Shown piece after piece: positions 23,378 through 36,509 of a stretch of DNA of 64,000 nt. Numbering within the stretch: position 1 is the stretch's first letter; each line of letters opens with the position of its first letter. The position numbers and the translations under genes are program-made. The stretch is from Felis catus (lineage: Eukaryota), in the NCBI RefSeq assembly GCF_018350175.1, contig NC_058369.1, positions 26,786,001 to 26,850,000 of the forward strand, given 5' to 3'. The notes under the pieces were generated by a model. The model had not been told where the DNA came from. It saw only the letters and a program-made list of their open reading frames with translations, and made no database searches.

Positions 23378-23548
23378 AGAGAGCACGAGTGGAGCAGGTG
23401 CAGAGAGAGAGGGGGACAGAGGATCCAGAGTGAGCTCTGCGCTGACAGCAGAGAGCCTGATGCGGGGATCAAACTCAGGAACCGAACTGTGAGATCGTGA
23501 CCTTGAGCCAAAGTTGGATGCTCAATCTACTGAGCCGCCCAGGTGCCC
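23335..23548 (-). mobile_element. Can-SINE
   Basis: T-tail and reverse SINE body ending cccaggtgccc. Confidence 0.93.
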
Positions 23549-25056
23549 AGTAAATTTCTAAGGGGACACTTGCACTTGCCTCCACCATTTTTTCCTACAT
23601 TTTCATTTTCAAAATCTGTCTTCCTAGGTAACTACAGAGAGAAAAGAACTATAGCGAAGAAATGCACACACAGACACACGCCACCCTCACACTGGCTTTC
23701 AGTCTCTGAGCTTACTTTACACACAATTCCAAATCAGTGGAATCTGCCTTTTCTTAAAGCATGCAGAGCTCTCCCAGGTCACAGGCCTTTTTCTGCCTGC
23801 TTCTGAGATTCATTACAGATGGCTGAGGCTGGGAGCTAGATGGCTGGAGAAGTGGGGCATTACTTGATCTTCTATCATTCTGATAAGAATTCTATGAGGC
23901 AGAGAGAAGGCATATGCCATTATCCTCATTTTTTTTTAAATGGAGAAACTGCAGCATACAAAGAAAGTTAAGTAACTTGCCCAAGGCACCAAGCAAATTA
24001 CTGTCAGAGAATTCAGCTCTTTAAAACCCCTGCTCTTCTCCTCATCAGATAACAATAGTGCTTTTCCTCTCCTCCAATACTTCTCACACATATTTTATTC
24101 AAGTTCGATATATATCTAAATTGTACTTTGTGTATATGCACTTCCAGACACCTCAACCAAATCATCAAATTATAATTTCCTATTATGTTTTCTTTGAAAT
24201 GTCAGCTTTTGAAATGATACCCATAAATCTTTCAAACATGAAATTAGTAGGAAGAGGAGAGAAAGGATGATTGGAAGCAAAAAATAAGAACAGTTTCGAT
24301 GACTTTGCTTGGGTAAAGAATCGAAAGATTAAAAAAAAAAGACGAAAAAAAAAAAAAAAGCCCGGGGTGGGGAAGAAGGTTCTTTTTGATGGAGTGGTTT
24401 GCCTCTTTGCTTCTTTCTGCAGTAGGTGGAGCTATGGTACTATTCTTTAGGGTTACAGGAAGACTATCAGTGAAAAATAATCCAATTCGTTCCTAGGATA
24501 GCCATTTTCTTTTGCATTTTCAAATAGTACTTTTCTGTTTTTGAACATTTTTCCTCCATGCCCTGAGACTTCAGGCTGCTCTGCCTACATCCCTCTCTTT
24601 CCTGGAATGACAGAGAGTTACCACCTTCACTGCATATCCTTATGATGTCGTTTTTAGGAGGATATTGGGAGATAGGGTTGCACAAAGCAGCCTGCTTCCC
24701 GCCCTCCTCTCCCTCCCCTCCCCCCCCCCCCCCCCGTTCCATCACTCAAAAGGTTTCCTCTATAATCTATCAAATCTATTTTTTAGCTCAGAAACAGAAT
24801 GCTCCTGCAGCTGAAAATCTGCCAGAACCACCACTGGCACATGTCTTTTAAATTTTCACATATAACCCCTCATAAAAATACACTACTTATAAAAATTAAA
24901 AAGAGAATAAAACAGATTTAATTAAAAAATAAGGAATTAAAATCTAAAACTAGACTAAGTTTTAGCCCAGCAAGAAAATAATTCATCCTTAAGAAAGTAT
25001 ATAGGAATCAACAAAGTACCACAAAGTGGCCTTTAGGGGCCATGTGTCTGATACTA

Positions 25057-25838
25057 CTATGATGGTTAATTTTATGGATCAACTTGACTGGGGCACAGGA
25101 TGCCCAGATATCTGGTTAAACATTATGCTGGGTGTGTCTGTGAGGGTGTTTTTGGATGAGATGAACATTTGAATTGGCAGACAGAGTAAAGCTGAGAGCC
25201 CTCCCCAGTGTGGGTGGTCTCATGAAATTTATTGGAGGCCTGAGTTGAAGAAAATGCAGAGGAAGGGAGAATTCATTCTCTCTGCCTGACTGATTTAGAG
25301 CTGGGACACTCCTCGTCTTCTGCCTTTGGACTTGGACTTTGACTTGAAGTTAGATGAGGACTGGAGCTTACTCTGTGTCCTGGCTCTCAGGCCTTTGAAT
25401 TCAGATTGGAACTTTACCATGGGCTCTCCTGGGTCTCCAGCTTGACAACTGCAGATCATGGGACTTCTCAGCCTCCATAACTATATGGGCTAATTCCTTT
25501 TTTTTTTTTTTTTTTCTGAGAGAGAGAGAGGCACAAGTGAGCAAGGGGCAGAGAGGGGATAGGGAGAACCCCAGGTGGGGCAGAGAGGGAGAGAAAGATA
25601 GAGAAGAGGGGCTCACGCAAAATGGGGCTCATGCTCACCCAATGTGGGACTCGAACTCATGAACTGTGAGATCATGATCTGAGCCAAAGTCAGATGCTTA
25701 GCGACTAAGCCACCCAGGTGCCTGCTAACTCCTTATAATAAATCCCTTCATATATACAACATATACATAATACAAATATACCTATCCATCTCTCTATATA
25801 AATTGATTTTGATTCTCTGGGGAACCTAGACTAATACG
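25057..25838 (+). mobile_element. ERVL LTR (MLT2-like), interrupted by a SINE
   Basis: gatggttaattttatggatcaacttgactggg...tgggtgtgtctgtgagggtgttt...ctggggaacctagactaatac. Confidence 0.88.
25500..25723 (-). mobile_element. Can-SINE
   Basis: TSD gctaattcctt/gctaactcctt. Confidence 0.92.
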
Positions 25839-26559
25839 GTTATGAATTTCATGTTAAGTTGAAATAGTGTTGAGATAATATTAATTCCTTTCTAGGTAAC
25901 AACACCATACTTGTTTTTTCTGGCAAACAAGAGGCACAGTTTCTAAACTTATTTACATAAATAAATCTCACCTGTAAAAACTCTGCTCGTGTTTTTACAC
26001 TTGACTCTGTGAATAAATGCTACAATGATGACAAAGGAAAAGGTATCTCTATGTCTTCCCACTCTCTGAAAAAGCAAGCTCTAGTCTGCACATGATGACC
26101 TACATGTCTATCTTTATCCTCTCACTACTAGAAAAATATAACTTTTACCAAAAACAATGGCTGCTATTTTTCCGTAACTCTGAAGATATTGAGGCTATAA
26201 ATAGGTATAAGGGAGAGTCAAATCTACAAAATTCACTGAGTAGGAAATTTATTTACTTACCTTAGGAAGTAGGTAAATAGAGAAGTAAATAGAGAGTCTT
26301 TTTTCAGGTTCAGGGAAATAATTAAACAAAGTTACCAAATGCCTACCACATCCTCGGCCAGGGAAACCAGAGGTGTGGTCTGTGGGCCATTTGGTACTGT
26401 CTACATGGAAGACACACAGCCAGAGCCAGAATACAAATTGGCTTTACCACCAAGCACACAATTTTTCCCTAATAAGAGTTACTCACAGAAGAAAGGAGGG
26501 TATTGATTTACACTGTGGCACTGTGGCACAAGTTCCTTACCTCACTGTGGATGGTCATT

Positions 26560-26930
26560 TTGAGTATCATTGTTCTAGGCAATTCTAGGTATTTTCATAT
26601 ATGTTATTTTGTTACTTATAATACCTAACACTTCTGGAATTCTTATTATGTGCCCAACACTTGCACTAACATTCAACCCTCACAACAACCCTGTGAAATG
26701 AGTACTATTATCCCCAACCTATGGGTGAGAAAACTGGTGCCCAAACTTTTCACAGACAGTAAATAGTAAGCTGGGATATAAATGGGGCAGTGTGGGTTCT
26801 AGAGCACACTCCTACCACTTCACGACACTGACTCTCTTTGAATCTGAATCCTCATTTCAGTTATGCAGACACGAACTGTCTCCATTTTAGAGCTGAGAGA
26901 CAAAGCTCCTAGGCTGGGTGCTGCCCAAAG
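26560..26930 (-). mobile_element. MIR fragments (probably nested)
   Basis: cctcacaacaaccctgtgaaatgagtactattatcccc; ctccattttagagctgag. Confidence 0.65.
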
Positions 26931-27779
26931 AAGGGCTGTACCTAGTTCATCCCTGCAGGTTCTCTCTGGCAGCCTCTAATGATGTCCCCATGCTTGTAGG
27001 CATTGTGCGGAAATGCAGAAGGGTCATGAAACATGGTGTCTACTCTCATGACGCTCATATCCTCATGGAGAAAATACGATCAGTAACTGAACCAAGTATG
27101 AGATGGAAAGGCTTTCCTGCCCTGGGCTCAGAAGAGTGAACGTGAGGACCCACAAGTTCTTTTCAGGACATGTTCCACACCCTAAGCCTTGAAGGTGGAC
27201 AGGTCTAACCTTGCAGAATTGCAAATGCCCACATTATTTGACAATCTGCCCACCAATGAGATACAGAAAGAGGGACAAATAGGTACCTTTCTCACTAACA
27301 ATGTCTAGATGGACTTCCTGTGGGGTCTGGCTTCTGCCTTGGGGAAAGGTATGGGAGGCCCAGCAAGAAACTGGACAAGTACAATCCTGCACAAAGTAAG
27401 GTCAGGGTGGTATATAAATTCAGCTCTTGAAATATGTGATTGAGAGAATCCAGGATCTCTGAGCAGATGTGACCCATCTAGCAGAAGTTCTAAGGGGCGC
27501 ACTCATTCATCTAACAGAAGTTCTAAGCGGCACACTCAGTGGGTGTTCCACAGAATTGACCTTTCTGTTGTTTGAGTAAAGGAACCAAGGACACTAACTC
27601 AAATTTGAAGGCCATTATAACGAGTCTTTGAACTTTGGCAGCTGTGTGTCTCTGGGTGGGCAGCTGTCTAAGGGCAAGTCCTTCAAGGTCACAGCAGAGT
27701 ATGGGGGTGGTAGAGAATGCTAGCAGCAGTGAAACAGGATCATAAAGTTAGGGAGACTCTTCCCAATACGTGTCTACTG

Positions 27780-28215
27780 GAATAGTAGAAGGTTAGGAGC
27801 AAAGATTTTGAAGTCTGGTAGGCCTGGTTTAAAAGCCCACTCTGTCTCTTTCAAACAGTGTGACTGTGAACAATTTACCTATCCTCTGTAAACCTCAGCT
27901 TATTCATTTGAAAAATGGGAATAATAATATCAATCTTGAGATGTAAACTATAAGAACATGTAAGATGAGGGGCACCTGGTGGCTCAGTAGGTTAAGCATC
28001 AGACTCTTGATTTTGGCTTAGGTCATGATCTCACAGTTGTAAGATCAAGCCCCATGTTGTGGAGCTTGCTTAAGATTCTCTCTCTCCCTTTCCTTCTGTG
28101 CCTCCCCTCCAACCCATGTGAGCATACTCTCTCTCTCCTTCTCCCTCTGTCTCTCTCTCCAAAAAAGATATATGTAAGATGCTTAGAGTAGAAACCTGGC
28201 ACAAGACTTAACAAA
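27780..28215 (+). mobile_element. MIR interrupted by a Can-SINE at 27969-28170
   Basis: MIR core cctcagcttattcatttgaaaaatgggaataata; SINE flanked by TSD atgtaagatg. Confidence 0.8.
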
Positions 28216-28319
28216 AAAACAATGACATTTAATAAGTCCTTATTGTATGTCAGGCACCCTTCTAAGCTCTCACACCCATTTACTTATTCATACTCCACAA
28301 TAGACCTATAAGGCAGCAT

Positions 28320-28642
28320 GGTGCACTGCATTATTATGGACACATATTCCCTACTCTGTTCACCGTGAGAAAATACATCCCTACCCCAATGACTCTAGGG
28401 TCAGCCGTGGGATAGTCTTTGCCAATGGCTATCACAGATGTGACCCATCTAGCAGCAGTTTTAAGAGGCACCCAGAGGCTCCATCACAATACTGAACTTG
28501 ATGGCAGCATGACAGCCTGCACCCTGGAATGAAAAGGACAGGTAGAGTAGAGCTGCAGCACACCTGTAGCCTACATGTGCACTGAGCAAGAAATGAATGT
28601 GTGTTGTCACAGGCCATGGAGAGTTGGGGATCATTCGGTACT
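28320..28642 (+). mobile_element. MaLR LTR (MLT1I/J-like) inside a minus-strand MIR (28225-28750)
   Basis: tttgccaatgg...aagaaatgaatgtgtgttgtcacaggccatggagagttggggatcatt. Confidence 0.55.
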
Positions 28643-28869
28643 TTTAATATCCTCATTTGCAGCTGATAAAATTGAGGCACAAAGTGTTTAATTCAGACAA
28701 ACTCACACAGCAGGTGTGCAGTCCAATTCTAAACCACCACTCACTGCCTCTGATCTGGTTACCATCACCATCACTGATGAGGACTCAGACACCAGGGGAG
28801 GTTTGTTAACAGCCAGGCCTGGGAGGGAGAGCTTACTAATGGCTAAAGGTGGAGCACAAAGCAGACCAG

Positions 28870-30300
28870 AAGTGCTGGTGTGTGTCTCATGGAGAGAAGC
28901 AAGATCTGTATGTAGAAGAGTGGACACCAGTGTGAACACAGAATTTGGAAGAGGTGAACAAGATCAGCGGAAGGTATGCTTTATATGGTGGAAAATTAGA
29001 ACCATTGAAGTTTGGGAGACCAGAGAAAAAGCCACCGACTAATAGGCAGCCGAACAGTCTTAAAAAACATGAACGAGAGACTGAGTAAGGAGGCTACTCC
29101 AGGCTTGAGACAGGGACCTAGAATAAGGTGGGAGCATCAACAATACCAACAGAGGGGACCAGATAGAAGATGGTTAGTGACTATTTGGAGGTACAAGAGT
29201 CACATTTCCACTTACAGTTCTTAAACAAGAAGAGGGAGGAAATGACAGATGGATTCTAAAGTACCAAGTCTGGGGGAATTGCATAATGATGGTACCCAAG
29301 CCTGGAAGGTATAGACCTTGCATATTTCTACAGACCCTTGGCCCTCTGATTTTTCTCACTAGATTGTTCCCAGGAAAGGACCACGCTGTGGCCAGTCACT
29401 AGAGCTAACTCAGAAGAGGTTTTAACAGGTCTTATCAGAGCTCTGGGTTTTGTACCTAATGGTATTTATTATTTGCAATACCAGAAAATCCAGTCTCTGT
29501 AATTTAATTTATAGAACTGTAATTTAATTTAAATTACACCTCTGAAATTTAATATAGAACTACCACGTCTGAATTTTCCTTCTTTGCCTTTTTTCACTGT
29601 ATGCTACTTATTGCCGCACTGTTGTCCATTTGCAGGAGTTCCCTGTGATGACCGGGAATGGGGTGTAGACAAAGCTACGGGGTGTAGATAAAGGCATGAA
29701 GAGAAGAAATGTTTCAGCTTTGAAATGCCAATCAAGATTTTTAGCAGCCTGATTGGCAGTCAGAGAAACAGAGCCATGATAATGGTAAAGACACCGATGC
29801 TGGTGTTAATTTTTGCAGGAGAGGAAACAATGACCTGATGGTAAGATCTAGAAATAAATCATTATCAAAGTAGACAGGGAGGGACCGTGATACCTGACAG
29901 ATCTGAGAATGCTGATGGAGGAAACTGGAAACATATCAGGGCCTGTTAGTTCACGAGACAGCCAGGACTCAGGCAGAGTCCAGGAAGATGTGAGAGGTGT
30001 GTGGGGGGGGAGGTGCAGACCAACAGAAATGAAGACACAAGAACAAATGGCAAACTGGAGGGCGTGCTCTGAAGAACAGAGCAGAACGCTGTGTCCCTAC
30101 AAAAAGGAAGGCCCATTTGGGGAGCTTCTGGAACAGAGCTCGTGGGACACCATCTGGGGTGGGGCTTAGGTGAATAACATACGGAAAATACCATGTTTTG
30201 AACTAAAACTGAGGGCACTGAGGAGATACTCAGCCAGGAAAGGATGTCACCCATGGAGAGAGGTAAACTGGATGATGTGAACCTGATGGGGAAAAATGGA
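28870..30300 (-). mobile_element. L2 relics (antisense)
   Basis: GA-rich antisense L2 text (ggaggctactccaggc..gaga, ttcagctttgaaatgcc). Confidence 0.4.
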
Positions 30301-30338
30301 GAAATCCGGACTTAAATTAGAGGATGAAAGGGAAGAAT

Positions 30339-30380
30339 TCTATTAATTCTAATCTATTAATTCTAATCTATTAATTCTAA
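30339..30380. repeat. 14-bp tandem repeat, 3 copies (tctattaattctaa)
   Basis: Three perfect copies seen directly. Confidence 0.95.
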
Positions 30381-30454
30381 AAGGCTTAAACAATTAAGTG
30401 TTACTAAAACTAGGATGCAGATTGGAATCAAATAAATAAGAGAAAGAGTCGTTT

Positions 30455-30677
30455 TTAAAAAATGTTTATTTATTTATTTTGAGAGACAGGGGAGAAAGAG
30501 CATGCACACATGAGAGACAGCAGGGGAGGGGCAGAGGGAGAGGGAGACAGAGAATCCTAAGCAGGCTCTGTTCTAACAGCAAATGGACGCGGGGCCTGAC
30601 CCCTTGAACCGTGAGATCATAACCTGGGCCGATACCAAGAGTCGGTCGCTTAACTGACTGTGCCACCCAGGTGCCCC
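30455..30677 (-). mobile_element. Can-SINE
   Basis: Reverse SINE ending gccacccaggtgcccc. Confidence 0.93.
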
Positions 30678-32084
30678 AAAATAGTCAATTCAAAGGCCTG
30701 AAGCTTGCTGAATGGAAACACAAGAAAAGGAAAGAGAAGACCTAGAATCTAAATCAATGTTAAAATAACTAACACAGCACGGTAAGTTACACTTAATCTC
30801 GACACTTTATATCTGAAGTCTCTTTGGTAGCACAGTAAAAACAGAGCCTTGTATACTGCCTCTCTGTGACAATGAGGATCAACAAGAAGACACAATGCAA
30901 GAAAACAAAGGGGGTAGTAACCCTGATGATTGTGGGTTTGGCCTTTGAAGAAGAAAGTCTTCCTCAAATCTCTCAAAAGCAGAGAACCAGCCAGGCACCA
31001 CCTCCAATGCAGGGTGGTCTTAGGGAGGAAGGGGGAGCTCCTGAGGTTACTATCTGATCTCATAGGAGTTAGAGGCTCCCCAAGCCCACTGCCAAAGAAC
31101 GTAGCTGGAGGGAAAGGACAGAAAGGTGACCTGTGCTAAAGACAGGATTCTAAAACCGAGAACTCTCTAAATAGAAAGGTGAACTACTAAACAAGGCTAT
31201 AACTTTTGGCATTTTAAAACACCCACAGGATACTGAAATGCCATGTGATTGGCCACTATCTTAACCATTGCCTAGGAGACACAACAATGCAATTAAAAGC
31301 ATATGGACTGTGAGAGCTTGAAATAACTGAGTTGGGGTCCCACTTCTTAGCCTGCTGAGATGCCTTGGGAAAGATAGTCTTAGAACCTCAGTTCCCTCAT
31401 CTATAAAAGGCAGCTAGTAATGGCCTTTTACTCCAGAGTATTTGAGATGATGCTACCAGGAGTACCTGTCATACTTATGTGCTAAATAAACATTAGCTCC
31501 CTTTCTAAGGGATATGTGGTCCAAACCCAGGGGTCACACCTCCAATTTCTAAAGTCATTGGGAAAAATGAATGTTTCTTAACAATGTATTTTATATCCAT
31601 GAGTAAATGGTGTTATGGGAGAAAAGCTAGTGTAAGTATTTTTAAATGGGAAATCATTCACTCAACAAATTTTGTTGAGCAACTAAAATGTGCTAGGCAC
31701 TATATATGGTTAATTAAAATCTTATTCAAAAATTGAAAAAAAATCTACTTAATTTATGTATTAAGAACTATCATTGATGATGCTATAGTTTTGATTATAA
31801 GAAATACTGAAGTGTATCCTGGACACCTTAAGGGGAAAGAAAAACAATACAAGCTACTGACAAATTAACACCATAGAGAGTACTGCTGAATTTTACATTC
31901 TATTATTCCTACTCTCAACCATAAGTCTGATATACTTGGGATGGTCTCTAGGTGTAGTGAGGGATGCCAGATCAATGTCCTTGGGCTTATCAATTGGGAT
32001 TGGTTCTTTTTTTCTTCATCTTTCTCCCTTATCCAAGTGGCTGATACTTAAAGTTTATATGAAAAGGAGAGTACTAGGAATCTT

Positions 32085-32290
32085 CTTTTAATAGGAACTA
32101 ACATTTATACAGCTTAAAAAGCACTTTCTTTTTGTCATCAAACTTAATCCTCACATATTAAGGAGGCATTTTCTCCTTTTCCATATAAAAAAGCCGGAGC
32201 TCCTAGAAAATTAAATCACTTGCCCAAGGTCTTGGTTAATGGCAAAGCTGTAAGATATCCAGGATTCCTGACTGAAAATTCTGTGTTCTT
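32085..32290 (-). mobile_element. MIR
   Basis: ttaatcctcaca...ttaaatcacttgcccaaggtc. Confidence 0.6.
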
Positions 32291-33269
32291 TTCCTGTGGT
32301 GATATGATGAATCAAAAGACCTATTCTGTAAGCATTTCAAGAGTTTGGAGGGGGTGGGAAATGCAGTGACTATCCATGCTAAAAATGCACTACAGAAGGG
32401 AGGTGGAAAAAATGGAAAGGTTTTAGGAATTATGAAATGCTATATATAAGATTCTTGGTCATCTGAAGCAAGATACTCATTTTATGCATTATAATAACCT
32501 AGTTTCTTATTTCTCTCTGTTTTTCAAGACAACAGCTAGAATGAGTGGGTGTAGGGCAAGCAGATGTTACAGTTCTATGGAAATTCCGAATAGGAGAGAA
32601 GGGAATGAAGACTTGCTGCCCAGACCTATTAGCCAGAAACTTGTTGGTGTTTATGTGGAACTTACAGGTGTTATGTAACCTAATCTATTCAAGGCATTCA
32701 GACACAGAGTTCATACTTGGAAAGCTAGATGCATTTCAGAATAGTGAGCCATTGGCTGCTTTCACAGTACTATATTTATAGTACTATTCTTTACCTTTCT
32801 AAACCAACAGTCACATATATGCCAAAGAACACATATGTATCTCCATAAAAGACCCACATTAAAAATATCAGAGACACAGTGTTGGCAATGGTAATAAGTC
32901 TAGACACAGACAGATGAAACCTCATTTTGATGGGACAAGTCTGAAAACATCTGTTTCTATTTTCCAGACATGATATGAAAACGGAGCAGTCAATATATCT
33001 AACTCGCAGACTATGCCTGATGACGGTAAAAACTGGTCAATCCTAATTTTGCCACTGTGGAACATTACAGGACAGGTGTGAAACTAACTTGAAGGAAGAA
33101 AGCAGAGGATCCTGTACTTCAAATATACAATAGGATGAAGATTTTCTGACTTCACTTGCATTGCCCCCAATTACTAATGGCTTTTTCAAAATTGGTTTTT
33201 GCTTAAACTAAATACAGGGGAAGTTCTCTTAACAGACCCACTGGACTGATATTTTTTTGTGAAAACATC

Positions 33270-33718
33270 TGTTGGAAAAGGCAGACTCATATGTAGTCTT
33301 TCAACCCCCTGTCAGCTGTGCAAGGATGGGCCTTTAGCCTGGAATACTTTCTTATCAAGAAATAAAGAAAGTCCTCACAGCCTGTGCTGGATGTATAACC
33401 TTGCATGGGAATACCTTTCCTTGTTTCAGACTCAGTGTGTGCTCTTTGTTTTGCTTAAATGTGTGGCACCTGGCCATATGGCACCTGGCCAACTCCCCTA
33501 ATTCTGTGTGTCCCCTTCAGCTGAAGGATAGGGTCCTTGAGCTATGGCACAGGAGGGGTGTGTCTAGGTCAACTGCCCCTGTGGGGTAGCTACCCAGACA
33601 AGCCCAGCCAACATCAGTCAACTCTAACCCACCCCTTAGATGCATGAGAAATAATACGTAATACTTTTCAGCCACTGAATCTTGGAGTGGTTTGTTATGC
33701 AAAAAAAGCTAACTGATG
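33270..33718 (+). mobile_element. ERVL LTR relic (LTR41-like) joined to an MLT1 3' end
   Basis: ctctttgttttgcttaa..tggcacctggccaac, then agccactgaatcttggagtggtttgttatgca..agctaactgat. Confidence 0.5.
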
Positions 33719-34065
33719 AGAAGTCATCTTATACATCACTGTGTTGTGTGGTAAACACCACACTCTATTGGGAGACTATAACATACTTAACATGTACTAT
33801 GTATGAAGTTTGCTCTCATATAATTTTCAAATTTTGCTCTTATGTGATTTTTATATAAATTAAATTTCATATTTGTGTTCAGTCATTTTATATCACTTTA
33901 CCCAGTATAGATGAACTCATCTGATATAAAATGCTGGTAATATCATGTTTATGTGCCTGCACTCTGTCCCCACACAGGCAGTAACTGTCATAGATCTATC
34001 ATTAGCTCTTATTGTCATAAAACTTTAAATATATTAATGTAACTGAATGTTTTCATAATCTGATT

Positions 34066-34089
34066 CTTTTTTTTTAATGTTTATTTTTC

Positions 34090-34140
<51 letters not shown>

Positions 34141-34262
34141 GCAGAGAGAGAGGGAGACACAGAATCCAAAGCAAGCTCCAGGCTCTGAGTTGTCAGCACA
34201 GAGCCCAATGTGGGGCTCGAACTGAAGTTGGATGCTCAACTGACTGAGCCACCCAGGCACCT
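34066..34262 (-). mobile_element. Can-SINE with expanded (AG)n and an internal deletion
   Basis: Reverse SINE; ggggctcgaactgaagttgg lacks the usual ~28-nt segment. Confidence 0.92.
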
Positions 34263-34689
34263 TTTTGTCATTTGATGCTTAATTTTCTTGTGGTCAACAG
34301 AGACTACATTATTTGTAAACTAATCAAATTTAGTTGATTATTCTCATTTCTAGACTTGATGAAGCTTGAAAGACAATATGAACTAGTAAACCTTATTTGC
34401 AAAATACCGTAGGCATCCTGAAATAGTTAAAACAAATGTGGCTTTCAGTGAAAAGAACCTCTTGTTTTCCTTATAAAGCTGAAACTATTTCCTTCCACAT
34501 GTAATGAATACAATAAGAATATACCTTTTGATAATCTGGGGATGTAGAGGAAGGGAAATGATACACAAGACACAGTGTTATTCGTCAATGAAAAGTATTA
34601 AAAACCAACGGCCAGTGGCCGTTTTTATTTGGAGCTGGGAAAAAGGAAGATGAAGAATTGGCTGTGGATGGGGATAAGCTTGCACCAGG

Positions 34690-35460
34690 CACATGTAGGC
34701 AGTGATGGATCAGAATGCTGATAAGCATCCCCCACCCCCCTACAAAGCAAGACTCTGACTGTCTGCCAACATTTTCCCATAGGTCTTCACCAAGGGCTGG
34801 GGGCAGTATAGTGAATGTAGAGGGTGGAACTCATGAGTGAAGGGAAATTCATCTAACACGCTCTGGGATTTCAGCTCCTGGAAGCTAGGGGTGACCAGGA
34901 GAGCTGAGGGAGAACTTTGCAAGGAATTCTTGGCCTTCACAGAGTGTACAAGGTAGCCTTCCTCAGTAGGCTTGGGTCAGGTAGCGGGCTGGGGGACATC
35001 TTCCAAGGCACAGAAAGCCAGGGGCAGGACTGAAAACAAAGAGCACTCTCTAGGGACCCAAAGACTTGGCATCTAGGCTATAAAGGAGAGGGAGATCTCT
35101 TACAGCTTGGAAAGCCATGTGTCTATAAATCTCTTAAATCTTGCCAGTGGTCAGGGCTCAAGCTCTGTTGAAGGGAAAAGATCTAATCTTGCTCTCAAAA
35201 GGTTAGTAACAAACTGAATCACGCAGAAGCTTTCAAGCTTTAAAGCCCTGCCCCAGCCCGACCACGGACTGACTCAGCCCTTGCCTCCTCCACTGGCCTA
35301 AGAGGAAAGGGTATGTTCTTTTTGGAGGTGAATGTTATTTACTTCAGAATTTACTGTGCTTTGCATGCAATGTGTGGTATGTAATTCAAAAATTAAAAAC
35401 ACACGGAGAAGCAAGAAAGTCATCGTTCAATAAAAGCCGATGCACAGATGACTCAGACAG
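34690..35460 (+). mobile_element. Old L1 5' region (L1MC/L1ME-like)
   Basis: aaagatctaatcttgctctcaaaaggttagtaacaaactg; ggcctaagaggaaaggg motifs. Confidence 0.45.
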
Positions 35461-35609
35461 ATGATTATTTGTTACAAAACTGATGAATACTCTAATACTG
35501 GCAGCATTTCCTTCACAGAGATACATTAACAAACAGGTACATAATCCTAGCACCCAATAAGAGGTGCAGAAAGTCTTTTTTTTTTAATTTTTTTGTTCTA
35601 AAGACATAA

Positions 35610-36160
35610 AAAAATTCTTAGGATTTACTCCATTCCAGATCCTGACTTAGACACTGAAGCGGCAAAACAATGTATAGTCTCTTCCTGGAACTTACATACA
35701 GTCTCCTGGGAAAGACAGACCTTAAGTAAACATAAACCAAACTAATAAATGCAATAATATAAGCATAAAAAGAATGGTATGGAGGGCACGGGAGATGAAA
35801 GGAGAAGAGTATGGAAAGCTTCAAAGCGAAAGACATTTGAAGTCAAGTTTTTTAGGATGAGTGGGATTTCACAGATGGAGACGAGAGACAGGGCACCCAA
35901 GAGGAAGGATAAGGAAGGATGTGAAAGAATGGTAAGTATGGTATAGTTTCGGGAGCCCACCAGCAGTCCAGTGGTTTTAAACAGCACAGGGCTGAGGGAA
36001 TATGTTGGGAGGAAGGAGATATGATTGGGCAAGACAGTTGGAGCCAGAATGAAAAAGCCTTTAGTAGCACAACAAAGACTATGGAAAGCTTTTAAGCATG
36101 GAAATAATAAAATCAGATTTACATTTGTGACAAATATTTCTAGGACTTGTGACACTACAT
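35610..36160 (-). mobile_element. L2 (antisense)
   Basis: gtctcttcctggaacttacatacagtc...aaagcttttaagcatggaaataataaaatcagattt. Confidence 0.7.
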
Positions 36161-36509
36161 TATTATTGTTTATAAATTAGCCTCTGCCTGACTATGAGCA
36201 CTTGAAGGGTAAGAAAAGATGATAGGAATTGATCAAAGATGAAACAAAATAAGATTTGAGAGATGACATTAAGAAAATTCCCTGAGCTTTATGCTGAAAT
36301 TGTGATCTTTATTACTAAAATGATTACACAATACCATTTTTACATTTATCAATCATGAAATTTATTAATAGGGCAATCCTGGTTCAATTTGTTTTCATAC
36401 AGGGACATAAGTTAAAGCTTAGTTTTAAAATTTCAAAGTAGACTATGTTTTAAAAGATACAAGTATCATTTCAGGACGAGTTAGTTAATTCAGAAAGAGA
36501 AGTATATCA

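Noticed and set aside
27464..27538. CRISPR-like repeat-spacer pattern
   Set aside because: Only two imperfect adjacent units with no spacers, in a mammalian intron.
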